64,000 nucleotides of DNA from Trichoplax adhaerens (lineage: Eukaryota; Animalia; Placozoa), in NCBI RefSeq assembly GCF_000150275.1, contig NW_002060948.1:5192336-5256335 (forward strand), in the 5' to 3' direction. The translations under genes were made by a program, and so were the position numbers. Positions 26,808-39,288 of this stretch are shown here, piece by piece; the first letter of the stretch is position 1; the number at the start of each line of letters is the position of its first letter. The notes beneath the pieces are model-generated. The model was not told the origin of the DNA, ran no database searches, and saw nothing but the letters and a program-made list of their open reading frames with translations.

Positions 26808-29800
26808 ATCGGATGGCTGCAAAGGGAATCCACTCCACAACTAATCTGTTCAAATTCGTTGTACTGAATTGTCGTCACTGTAATTACACTTTGTCCTGGA
26901 TCTTTTTACTTAAGTATTCACGGAAACTGTTGTGTAGGAGGCGGGCAATTCCTTCAAACTCATATGTGTAATGATGTAAGTACAAACTAAAGCGAGCTTA
27001 TGTCCAACTGGTATGTAAAAGCCACAATGCGATTATCGACTGTTCGATGGCTTAATTTGATTAATCATGACCATTTAGCAGCTTTCCAATATAAGTAACA
27101 ATAGTGTGACTAGTAGTATTGGAAGCAAATCCACTAAACTGTTACTTCTTTAGAGGGTTCTGTAGAGATTGAATTGCTAACAAAATTGAACATCCTTTGA
27201 GGAATCACTGTATCCCGATAATTATTTCTGCTACTGTAGAAACAAGATGAGATATGATTTTGCTGAATTCCTTTGATCTATGATTTAAGCTTTAACTTCC
27301 TAGATTTTAAAATATTAAGTTCATAATTATTGTAAGGTTCAGTCTTATTCGCTAGTACATCTTTGATAGAAACTTTTTTCTATATAATATGCTAATACCC
27401 ATTAAGGCGTTGCAACTAGCTATTTAGGCTATACTTGTACTGCAGTTCTTGATGAAGCTTCATGCATTCGCAATTTTGGGTATTTAGTTTAAACTTGCGT
27501 AAATATCTGCATCGCAACGAAAAACTTATAAGCACCTTTATATTTCAATGTCTTATACAGCATATTATTCTGATACAGAATGGAATACAACGTATTTATC
27601 CATAATTTTGAGAGCAATGTACAAGAGATACGTGATAGTGATTTCCTAATTGAATATAAAATAATACGTGTCCATTGCAAAATACTTATAAATTCTAAAA
27701 TTTTTTACCACGGTAACTAGCTATTATTATTACCGTAAAGTAGGATCGAAATTAGATTGGCTCACCATATCCAGAAGATAATTTTGTTATCATAAAGATT
27801 AAAGATTATAAATAAAATTAGAGTCATTATATCGTGAACTAGATGATACTATTTACACTACTTCAAATTGCATGCAGGACGATCTAAGAGCAGTTCCAAT
27901 ACATGGTTTAATTAGTTAATATCGTACTGCAAGGTGAAAATGTTATTTTTAAGGATAATTAAAAGTATATAATATAACGAATATTTGGCATAAATTTCTG
28001 AAGGCTTGCTATCCATAAGCATCAGCAATAAATTATGAGCTAATAATAGTTTAATATTTTCTTCATCTTTTATCACTATTTTTTTTAACATGCATAACTT
28101 AAAATAAGCAAGTTAGTCATTGATCGTGACATTTCTTTCAGTACTCTAACACTTATTTATTAGCAATACAGTACAGTATAATTTATTTCATGCCTGCAAA
28201 TTTAATTAAAATGCTGGCCAAAATGCATAATAAACGCCACTGCACCTTGATTTATATCTTAGGAATACTATTTCTGTCGATCTGATACTAATTAGTATCC
28301 ACCATAAACCTCAGAAAATGTATTTGTGTTGATTATTTCTAACCAGTATACATTTAGGTAATAAAATATTAGAATCGTCGAGAATACTATTTCTAAAATT
28401 GTCATACGATTTAATCTAATCCAGTACGCTAATGATAATAAATGATTTCCCATCCTTTCATAACTACCTGTTATTAATTATTGCTGGATCGTGAGCGTTG
28501 TGCTTTGGTGGTAGTCATTCTTTAGTAAGGTCAAGGCAATAGTATCTCAAATTTTATCAATATCAGATTGCTTCATTATTTTCCCTAGGTTTTATCGCAA
28601 ACTACAAATTATTTGTGATTCCCGTTAGATTGGTTGATGTTTCTGCAAGATATCACAGCCGGACCAATTTTCTTTACTATAGAGCGTCTCCATCGTCATA
28701 TGTATTACAAGAAGTAAATTCTCTAGTTACGATACAATATTTCAAATTTAATCAAATTTATAACTATTGAATAATAGCCAGTGTAGGCATTGATTTGATC
28801 AAATGCCATCAATATGAGCGGATATTCTAGAATTGCTATCTAAGGCTGCATTTGTTAATAATAGAATTTAGCAAGCTCATAAATGAGATTTGTATAACTA
28901 ATATATGATATGAGTGTACAATATACCATACGCAGCCTAATTTTTGACGGACTTTGCTAGCGATAGATTGAATGCCTTCAATGTAGTTGTAATTGCAAGA
29001 AATTTTTAAGAATGATTAGTATGTAATGAACTTTTTTGGGGCATAAAGTGTAATATTTGAATAGGATGATGTCATGACACAACTCTCCGTAGAAATAAGT
29101 TTACTGTGCCATTAACCGTATTGTGTACAACGTTAAGCATATGTTAGAATGCGTAGAAGCAAAGAAAAGGTGTAGCTCAATGTGATACGTATTAAAATAG
29201 TAGCCAATCTGGCTGCTATAAAAATTAAATATTTATCTTATTAGCACGGGATTCTAACTACAGCATAAAGAGTTCCTTGATTGTCGTTTATTATTTGATG
29301 TAGCTTAAATTAGAACCTGTAACGATTCTATTTGATGTCGCTATTATATTCTGTATTACTGAAATACTTCTGGATGAGCTAGCAAAGTAAATATCAATCA
29401 ATAATGACGTTATCCTTTCTAAGTTTATGCATAATGTAATATGGATCTGATACAATAATTGCCAATCCAAGATCTACAACTTGATTGCTATTGGTATATA
29501 TGTATATAGTACTACTATACTGATCGACACTGTATCATTCCAGGTCTGGAGTTAAATACGATTTTGTGAATTTATCGTAGAAATAGAAGAGCAATATTGC
29601 TTCTACTAGAAATTTTGTCGCAACGGTAAAGAATTGATCATTAATATATTTCAAGAGTAACTATTAGTATGTTTCATATTCAGATGCTCTAGAATATAGT
29701 ATTCTATTATTCCAATACCGTAATATTACTTTTATACAACCATTGCCAGCTGTTTCATTTCACAACAATTTCTATTTCGTTAACAAGAGAACGATCAAAA

Positions 29801-29813
29801 CGAAATATTGAAA

Positions 29814-30084
29814 ATGTTAAGCTTTATGAAAATGGCTATGTTTGGAATAAAGTCCAAATGGCTACTACCTGCTGTTATCGATTTCTGGATACTGTGTTTT
29901 ATATTTGTTGGAGTGGGTTTGATGATAAATGCTGCTGCCGAAAAAATTAATAAACAACTAAAGAAGTATCGTGAACGCAAGCGGTAAGAACGATAAAAAA
30001 TGCAAATTTTTATTTTATAAAATGGATTAAAATTAAACCATGTTGCTCTCATGTCTTTGATTTTATAGAGCAAGACTTCTGTAA
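29814..30084 (+). CDS. Possible small single-pass membrane protein, or the last exons of an unresolved gene
   Basis: 29814-29984 reads MLSFMKMAMFGIKSKWLLPAVIDFWILCFIFVGVGLMINAAAEKINKQLKKYRERKR: a hydrophobic helix followed by a basic tail. It ends at a CG|gtaag donor, with an 85-nt intron to ttttatag and a short RARLL-stop exon. Confidence 0.4.
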
Positions 30085-30991
30085 TTGTGAATTCAAGATA
30101 GAATTTTGAAGAGATCTCTTTTTGGGGTGTTTTCTTTGACTGTTATATGACATGGTCGCTAAGTGTTGGCGATCCATAAGAAAAGGCTAATTTATCATGG
30201 ACGAGTACATATGTGTTTAACATGAAGGAGTTCCTGACTTAAGTTAGCATTATTCGATTTTGCTTCATTGCTTTTGTTTTTATCATCTACAATCGCCGAA
30301 TAGTGTATATTTACTCTCATACTATGCTCAATACTTTAAGATTCTTATTCCTAAGGAAATTTGTAAATCGTTGTACATTATTATCCGTTAAAGGGTATCA
30401 TTTTAATGATTTAGAAATCAAACTGTTCTACTTTCGATACACAGTCCCAAGTACTGTCTACTATCATCCGATAATATAAGAGATATACCTATGCAGACTA
30501 TATATTAATGGATAGCGTTATCTTGCTCATAGAAGGCATTTTTATTTTTATTTATGATCGCTGAAAGCAATATCAACTAGTTACTAACGAAAGTTGTGAT
30601 GATAATGGTTTAATTAATACGATAGATTGCTAAAAGTAATGGTTCTGATTAAGGAATATCATGCAGTAGTAGCACCGCTTATTTTGTGTCAGTGTCCTAC
30701 TTGATATCAATTAATACATTAAAGATATACGCTATGAATTAATAAGCGGCTAATACTATTTTACATCTCGTATGTGATTGATGACTACTTTCAGTACATC
30801 CAATGATGTTGATCACTGTTTCGTACTTACACGTATCTTGTAAGTTGTGTTCAATGAATAATTTATTTACGGTTGTGGCTTTAATGATTACCTTGGTTCA
30901 ATCGATCACGAAATAATTTAATTAATGCAGCATACTATTCGACGAATGCGTTAGTAACCTATCGATCTTGAATAAAATAGAATAAAAGGAT

Positions 30992-31655
30992 AAAATTTTC
31001 AAACTATATAATGTAATCTTTGAAACAAGCATGCAGAGAAAGTATTAGACCATGAAATTGGAATGTTATGTCTTGCTACTGATTATGTACCGTATTAATG
31101 AGGCATAGAATTAAAGTTGTGAACATAGGCGTATTAGCGATTTTGTAATGGAAAATCTTCAAAATTTTCAAGCTATATCATGTCATTTTTGAAATAAGCG
31201 TGGCGAGAAAGTATTAGACCATGAAATTGGAATTTTATGCCTTGCTACTGATTATGTACCGTATTAATGAGGCATAGAATTAAAGTTGTGAACATAGGCG
31301 TATTAGCGATTTTGTAATGGAAAATCTTCAAAATTTTCAAGCTATATCATGTCATTTTTGAAATAAGCGTGGCGAGAAAGTATTAGACCATGAAATTGGA
31401 ATTTTATGCCTTGCTACTGATTATGTACCGTATTAATGAGGCATAGAAATAAAGTTGTGAACATAGGCGTATTAGCGATTTTGCAATGGAAAATCTTCAA
31501 AATTTTCAAACTATATCATGTCATTTATGAAACAAGCGTAGCGAGAAAGTATTAGACCATGACACTGGAATTTTATGCCTTGCTACTGATTATGTACCGT
31601 ATTAATGAGGCATAGAATTACAGTTGTGAACATAGGCGTATTAGCAATTTTGCAA
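30992..31655. repeat. Tandem repeat, 169-bp unit, about 3.9 copies
   Basis: The anchor gagaaagtattagaccatga occurs at 31036, 31205, 31374 and 31543. Confidence 0.97.
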
Positions 31656-32224
31656 AGATTGAAAATTTTGAGAATAAAGAAACTTGAATGATTTTGGGCT
31701 TAACTGAATGGTATAAACAGGGAAATTGTGTGTCAATGATATATATATACGTGTATATATAATTGTAGAGTAAAGTAAAAAAGTCCAAGGATATAGAGGT
31801 ATAGCAAGCGAAGGATACCGAGCGAGGAATTTACTAATCGTAATAACGTGTTGGCATATACTCCATGATGCGCCTTTGCTGCTTGCAAATGGATTAACGG
31901 CATTTTGTGAACCTTACTGTAATTCAATAAGGAGGTCATGGTAATGTGATTATGTAGTCATTGACTAATTTACATAAGGCAAAGCTTGATATTTCAAGTG
32001 ATTGATAGTCATTAGGTTGGCTTAAATGCTATTGGCGTCTTTTTTCTTTCAGGTATCATTAGAGTTCATCAATCTGACTCATCCAATGCAGGCGCTGGTA
32101 TGCGGGTTTAGCTACTTTTGGATTGCAAATCGAAGGGGTTACAAAGCCCTTCACGACAATGTTATTTCGGCAAAATGCATAAGTTAAAATCTTAAATTTT
32201 TTGGTATCATATTCTATTGAGGAT

Positions 32225-32864
32225 AGAACATAGACAGCTCGTTAGGCGATGTCTGTCAGGGTATTTTAGAACACCATCCGACCAGCGAAACTGCTGAAAA
32301 TACTAAAACATAGACAGCTCGTTAAGCGATGTCTGTCTGGGTATTTTAGAACAATATCCGACCAGCGGAACAGCTTAATTACTAAAACATAGCCAGCTCG
32401 TTAGACGATTACTGTCTGGCCATTTTAAAACAACGTCCAACCAGCGAAACTGGTAAAAATACTAGAACATAGACAACTCGTTAGGCGATGTCTGTCTGGC
32501 CATTTTAGAACAACATCCGACCAACGAAACTGGTGAAAATAATAGAACATAAACAGCTCGTTAGGTGATGTCTGTTTGGCTATTTTAGATCTACATCCGA
32601 CCAGCGAAACTGCAGAAAATAATTAGAACATAAACAGCTCGTTAGGCGATGTCTGTTTGGCTATTTTAGATCTACATCCGACCAGCGAAACTGCAGAAAA
32701 TAATTAGAACATAAACAGCTCGTTAGGCGATGTCTGTTTGGCCATTTTAGATCTACATCCGACCAGCGAAACTGCTGAAAATAATTAGAACATAAATAGC
32801 TCGTTAGGCGATGCCTGTCTTGGCCATTTTCGAACAACATCCGACCTGCGAAATTGATAAAAAT
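32225..32864. repeat. Tandem repeat, about 80-bp unit, 8 copies
   Basis: a(g/a)aacata(g/a)acagctcgttaggcgatgtctgt recurs near 32225, 32305, 32384, 32465, 32544, 32625, 32706 and 32787. Confidence 0.97.
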
Positions 32865-33782
32865 TTAGCGGAGTATACTGTACTGTAGTAAGCGTAGCAC
32901 ACAAACTACACTACTGCATGAATATGATTCGTTTGGATTAGTACAGTATAAAAGCATTTTATAACTTTGCTTCTTATTTACTGCGAGATCCGATGGCAAT
33001 GGAGCCTGTCCAATCTCATTGCAATCCGAAATGCATAAGCCATTTTTGATCAATCCCACTCCAATCGACAAACGCGAAGGACTCACTCTGTACTCAGTAC
33101 AGGACACGGGCTATGGTGATTTAGCACAGCCACTGTGCCGCATTAACTGTAAATTAAATTAAATCAATAAATGTATTGTGGGCTTGAACAGGATTGGATC
33201 CTGCTAAAATTGAAATCCTCCTCTTGTCAATATCAAATCTTATATTCTCGATCATGGAGTCCATAGAATACGACGACATATATGGTCGCCGTGTCAGTAT
33301 CTATCATCCTGTAGTATAAACATGTACTATCGATGAATAATAATATACGTCTACTTGTTCCTTTTTTCCTCGTTCATGGCACAGTATTAAGGATTTCACT
33401 TCGAGAATATCCCTAGAACGCCATGATGCCATGCTTACTCACTGCTTAGCATGAATAGAATGTACAGACTTCCGGACTTTGTGATTGCAGTGATATAGGC
33501 GCTGGCGTGGTATTAAGCCAGTAAAAACATCGAAAATTGAATTAGTTTGTCATTATTAATTCTAATCATCGATCCAAGACGTCTAAATCATCGACTTTAA
33601 TCTCCAATTATAATAACACTGGTGTATTCAAGTTCTTGCATCAAGTGGATTGGTAGAAAGACATTCATCATTATTGCGATCGACTGTGAAATTGCTCAAT
33701 TGAAGGTTTGTGAAGGAATGAGCTTACTGCCATTGCCATCACTCAATACTCGACTTGTAGGTAGAAACGCCAACATACGACT

Positions 33783-36700
33783 ATGGCAGCTGCAAAACGT
33801 CGCCAACAAATGAAATCTCGCCTATCGACTTATGTTAGCGTTGATTTAACTGATTATGCTGTAGTGGATCATGAAGACTTTAATACTGCTTTATGTTGGA
33901 CACCTCTAACCAATAAAAAACACATCAACGAAGCTAAATTACTATCCTATTTTGATCACTTTCAAATCTATGCAACGACGCCTACGGCACTCAAGAAAAC
34001 TGTCCGTAAAGGTGTTCCATTAAACCAGAGAGCTCAACTATGGTTTGAATGCAGTGGCGGTAGAACTTTCTTAACCAAACATCCTACGTTATTTGATGAA
34101 AATCTAGCAGGTAGCAACGGTGAAGCAAGATTTCACCCATCAAACAGTTAAAGTACCTTAGTGTACAGGATACACCTTCAATTGAGATACGATAGACGCA
34201 CAAGTAGAAAAAACTACTTTAGGATAACCATCAGTCAATATGTCTTAGACTACTTGTATACGATATGACTTGTAGCATATGCCGGCATCAATAGTAATGA
34301 TGAATCCTTTCATTTGTAGAATTTGTTTTTCCTGATCCTTTACCTGTTACACATTACGAAGCTGAATTAGATGTCTCATTGGATCATTTGACAGAAAGAG
34401 GTGTTGCATCGCTAAGAAGATTATTAATGATGCTCTATCATGAATTTCCACACATTCCCTCATGTCCTTTACTGCCTGCCATTGCATCATATTTTCTCTT
34501 ATTTATGGAGGATAGAGAATGTCATGCTTGTATGTCAGCAATTCTACAATCCATCGATGATAACTATTTCGATTGTTCACAGAGGAGTTATGCAGCATCT
34601 CTTAGAACATTCCAGGATCTAGCCAAAGTATTATTGGTAAGTGTTGAAAGTTTAACCCAATGTCCTAACTGTGATCGTTCCAAGGGTACACAGCCATGAT
34701 AACTCATTATCCTTGGTGTAGCTAACATACTGTAATTATGGCGCTTTTTGAGACTTGACTAGACACCGATCGGTTTCTTAAGCCGTTTGTAAGCTCTGCA
34801 ACTATTTTAAAATCAGTAGAGTTCATTCATAATACGGATTGTCCTTATAGGAAATTCTATAAAATACTATCTCTCTTAATGTACAATTGGAAAGTGCTAA
34901 CAAAGTCAGTTCTATTTTGTAGAAACCTGTTTACCGAGATGTACTCAACACTGTCGCAAAGAGTAAAGGAGAAGACAAATCCATTATTTTCCAGGATTGG
35001 ATGGTTTGGATATTTAAATACTTACCTAAGGATGTTGTGGTTAGTAAATGTAGAGTAAAGTACTCGCACGCGACTGTATATTATGTGGGATTGATTAGTT
35101 TTGAGCAATAGCATCCATATTTTCTACATAATCCTTGTGTTTAAATAAGTGTGTGTCCGTCCATAATGATAATAAATGCAATTTTCTATTTCTGGCTTAA
35201 TATTTCAGATTCGAATGATAGATTGCTTCATGATTGAAGGCAGAAAAATATTCTACCGTATGGGTCTGGCTATTCTAATTATATTTCATAAGCATTATCT
35301 GCGAAATAATAGGGAAGGTAATTCAATGGTTACAGTAGCCAATTTTACCTTTCCGATTGAATACATTGTGTTATAAATGTTATTATTGATCATGAACTGC
35401 AACTGGATCTCTGGTTCTTTGATAGGCTTGAGAACATTCAATTCTACACAGTTGGAGTCTATTCGACAGTTTGTAAAATTTTTGCCTGTTAGTTCCGATT
35501 TATTGCTGAAGGTGAGTCGAAGGCTATTTATCATCTATCTGATGATTATATGTAAATTATTTATTGTATTTTCCTTCTTATGCTCTATTGAATTGAACCT
35601 TCAAGATGCCTTTATATTACATTCAATCATTCATTTCATTTGACTATTTAGACTGGCTTTAATATCAGTGGACTATCTAGGAAGACTATGACAAAGTATT
35701 TTGAGCACAATAAGCGTTTAATTGATCAAGGAAAGTTACTCTATCAATTCGACAAGACTACCAATGCTGTCGTCGTTGGTCCGTTACCTGATCAAAATTC
35801 CAATATTGTAGAGCCTAAGCAGGTTAATAATATGAATTATACGCTCAGTTTATATAGCTTCAAGTTATATTTTTAGATACTATTAATTACCTCATTTTAC
35901 AACTTTTGCAAATTTATTTTATGACTAAATGAGACTTGATATACAATATCTGTATTTTAATGTAAGCTTATTGCACGATATTATATGTCATAGCTAATGG
36001 CTTTTATTTGTCGTTTAGTGGAGCCAGATATGGAATATGATTCCTGATCGATTCTACATAAAGGTCCCCATTATGCTGTTTACTAGTGCAGAACATGGTT
36101 GCAGTTTGAAGACATTCTATCTTAAGGCTGCTGATCACGAACCTATGGTACTATTGATTAAAACGTTGGAAGGAGAGGTATGCCCAGTTGAAACTAAACT
36201 TGTACTTTTCCTACTTTTTGTAACTTGATTGGTTTGCTAATGATTGAGTTTATACCGCTATATAACTGTTTCTTTTCTCAGGTTTTCGGAGCTTTTGTCG
36301 CGGCTAGTTGGGAGCGACGTAAGAAACACCCCAATTTGTCCTTTTTTGGGACTGGAGAATCATTTCTCTTCACTCTCACTCCGGAGGTAGAGAGGTATGC
36401 TTGGTGTGGTAGAGTAGCATATGAGATGATGATGAAGAACAGTAGTGATGCTGGTGCCAAGGCGGCCTCAAAATTTTCAAGTATGAATGCTACCGATAAG
36501 CGATTAGCCTTTCAGCGGACTCGGACAGGATCCCTCGAAAATTTTTGCCATTATTTTATGGCTGCTGACGATAGCTGTATTATTATTGGTGGAGGGTAAA
36601 TGTAACCAGATTTTGTTCTAATTTTGGAGTTGATTGTACGATACTTTCTGTCAAGTTTACTTCTAAATATGATATCATGATAGCTTAGTCCAATCTTACA

Positions 36701-36899
36701 GCTAGCACCAATTAAAACACTTATGCATCCTACATATACACTTATTTTCAGGGATGGATACGGCCTGTGGCTAGATGCTGAGCTAAATAAAGGGTCAAGT
36801 GCTCGATGTCAGACTTTTATGAATCAGCCGTTAACGAATAGCAAAGATGGCACGTTTGTTTGTGCATGCGTTGAACTTTATGGACTGATTGATACTTAG
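33783..36899 (+). CDS. TBC1D24: TBC1 domain family member 24 / skywalker orthologue (Rab-GAP TBC + TLDc domains)
   Basis: TBC motifs: LKKTVRKGVPLNQRAQLW, HEFPHIPSCPLLPAIASYFL, RMIDCFMIEGRKIFYRMGLAIL. TLDc motifs: LFTSAEHGCSLKTFY, VFGAF...FFGTGESFLF, IIIGGGDGYGLWLDAELNKGSSARCQTFMNQPL. Stop is TAG at 36897-36899. Confidence 0.95.
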
Positions 36900-37916
36900 A
36901 TTTATCATTTTGAAAGTGAATCATTTGATAGTGCTGATTGTAAAGCGATAGCAAAGTCTTATAGATAAAAGCACTAATCTATCTTCAGAAATCTCCTAAT
37001 CTTTTCTATACGTACTGTATGTAGAGAGTAGTGAATTTATTGCAAAGTACTATCTGCATACCATAATACATTTGGATGAGTACAAAGATGTTTGATAGTA
37101 CGGCATTGAAATACTGTACATTTTTAATTTTAATTTCAGAAATTAAAGTTGATTTCTACCGTAAATCCTCAAAATATTTAGTATAAAAACAGGTGGAATA
37201 CTATGTTAGAACTTCACTAGAAAGATATTGAATGAACTTTACGTTGGGCGATGCGTACCTGATGATTTATTATATATCGCAAATCTTTGCGTATTTCTTC
37301 CTGTATGGAGATTTAATACTAGCTAATGTATGTAATGGATTGATTGATTGCTTTATTGTATCTGTTTAATACTGTAAGCTTGTAACCTTACTGGACAAAT
37401 TATAACACATTTGCCATCAATTTCAATTTCATATTACCTCGCACTTTAGCAGTTTACCTCTTTAAAATTTAAATGAAATAAAATGCGCATGTAGTAGGTT
37501 ATTGTAATAATGTGATACTTGCCTAGAAGTACCGATTACAATAGGTATTTCTAGTCAGGTATCACATTCGCCTTGCAATGATTTAATTATTGATGCAAGT
37601 AGAGCTCAATATCATTTCATCAACACGCAAACGTAGTTTATGAACTTAGGAGATTTGAAGTTGAATGCAAATTACGAAATTATAAATTTTTGAAACACTT
37701 CTCACAATAAAAATGCGTTTTTCACAACGTTAATCCTTCAAGCTAAAAAGTGATTTAAAAATCTGAATGTGCTGAAAAAGGAATAAACAACCGGAAGTGT
37801 CCTATTCTGATATTTACTTATAATGAATATAAAAATGAAGTCAGACTCGTCAATTTAAATTGAAGGGAGTAAGTTCTTGAGTAATGACTTAAGTGAATTT
37901 TACTTATCCATATCCA

Positions 37917-38246
37917 TTACTAACTACCATCAAGATTGCTTGAATAGAATAAATGCAAGCATGTTGCAATGTAATACTGTCATCGATTTATTCTCAGATA
38001 TTATCGCTACCTACGGTGCAGTCGGTCATGGACTACAAAATAAAATAGTGTTTTTTAAAATGGATCTTTTTAATAGTCCCTTACTAACTACCATCAAGAT
38101 TGCTTGAATAGAATAAATGCAAGCGTGTTGCAATGCGATCCTGTCATCGATTTATTCTCAGATATTACCGCTACCTACGGTGCAGTCAGTCATGGACTAC
38201 AAAATAAAATGGTGTTTTTTAAAATAGATCATTTTAATAGTCACTT
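37917..38246. repeat. Tandem duplication, period 164 bp
   Basis: ttactaactaccatcaagattgcttgaatagaataaatgcaagc occurs at 37917 and 38081. Confidence 0.95.
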
Positions 38247-38462
38247 GTATAGTAAAAGTATATTCCAAATTGAGGATCAATCGAATACTTTGATTGAAAT
38301 TAACTCCTTCTATAATCAATAAATGTACTTCAATAATACGAATAATTATTTCACCGCATCTTCCTGGTGCATCTCTTATACTACAAAGCAAGTCATTCAA
38401 TCGTCAATTAGGCATCCATTAAAATCGCTTAGCATAGTAATTAGTAATAGCTGTTGTCACTT

Positions 38463-38468
38463 TTTATT
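38463..38468 (-). promoter_or_regulatory. Candidate polyadenylation signal of the deiodinase mRNA
   Basis: AATAAA on the - strand, about 115 nt downstream of the SECIS. Confidence 0.5.
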
Positions 38469-38582
38469 TATCCAGCATATGAATAGATAGTTTTTCTACC
38501 CTACAAAAGTAAGTACGATCATAATCCATGTGGTGTTACAAATTGACACATATACTGTATATTCGCAGAATACCATCATACA

Positions 38583-38670
38583 GGTAACCGGTCTGATCAG
38601 CCATTAGCAATAGGCGACTTTAGCCAAATTTGTGCTAACGGTTTCATGCGTTTCTGTAATGGCGGTTGCC
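38583..38670 (-). promoter_or_regulatory. Eukaryotic SECIS element (form 2-like) in the deiodinase 3' UTR
   Basis: The minus strand reads GGCAACCG-ccattacagaaacgc-ATGAA-a-CCGTTAGCA-c-AAA-tttggctaaagtcgcctat-TGCTAATGG-c-TGAT-cagac-CGGTTACC. This gives an AUGA/GA non-Watson-Crick quartet, a 9-bp helix II, unpaired AAA 11 nt after the quartet, and a basal helix I. Confidence 0.9.
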
Positions 38671-38842
38671 TACAATATATGCGTACACATGCAGTAATGT
38701 CCATGATGGAATTAGTATCGTATTCCTTGACCATAATCAATTAATAATGGCAATGTTACTTCTTCTAGCAATATACTCGTACGTTCAAATTTAGCGTTAT
38801 TGGATTCCGATGATACTTGATTGCGTTATTACCAATCGAATC

Positions 38843-39030
38843 GATAGGACAAAATTGATTCAATACAGGAAGTCCATGTTATAGTTAGAGTTTGTCCTAC
38901 TTGCAGTAGTATGATAGAACAAAATTAATTCAATACAGGAAGTCCATGTTATAGTTAGAGTTTGTCGTACTTGCAGTAGTATGATAGAACAAAATTAATT
39001 CAATACAGCAAGTCAATATATAGTTAGGAT
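38843..39030. repeat. Tandem repeat, 70-bp unit, about 2.6 copies, in the deiodinase 3' UTR
   Basis: caatacag(g/c)aagtc occurs at 38861, 38931 and 39001. Confidence 0.92.
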
Positions 39031-39288
39031 TTTGAATTAAGAAATGTTTGCATAAACACATTACAGTATAAACGTATATGTAGTACTTCTATTTTATACT
39101 TGTATAATGTAGAATTCAATATATTTACTCGATCATAGTATAATTTTTCCTTCAAACACTTTCTATAGGCGTAGATCACTCCGCCTCTTGGTAGATTGGT
39201 TCACGTTAGTTTGTTCAAGTCTAGAAATGCCACCTGCTAGTGTTGTTCAGTGCTGTAAAAATGGCATCGTATGATGGAGATGAAGACG

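Noticed and set aside
32225-32864. CRISPR-like appearance of the palindromic 80-bp array
   Set aside because: The intervening segments are variants of one another rather than unique spacers. The context is eukaryotic and there are no cas genes.
32225-32864. Hammerhead ribozyme / retrozyme idea (cgaaac in most units)
   Set aside because: I found no CTGANGA core in the units.
37877-38400. Similar 72-76 aa ORFs suggesting tandem paralogues
   Set aside because: They are a by-product of the 164-bp duplication (period not a multiple of 3), have TTG starts and show no recognisable protein features.
39148-39206. Second SECIS-like sequence (GTGAA...AAG...TGAA on the - strand) closer to the deiodinase stop
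   Set aside because: Helix II pairs poorly next to the quartet. The 38583-38670 element is much better formed.
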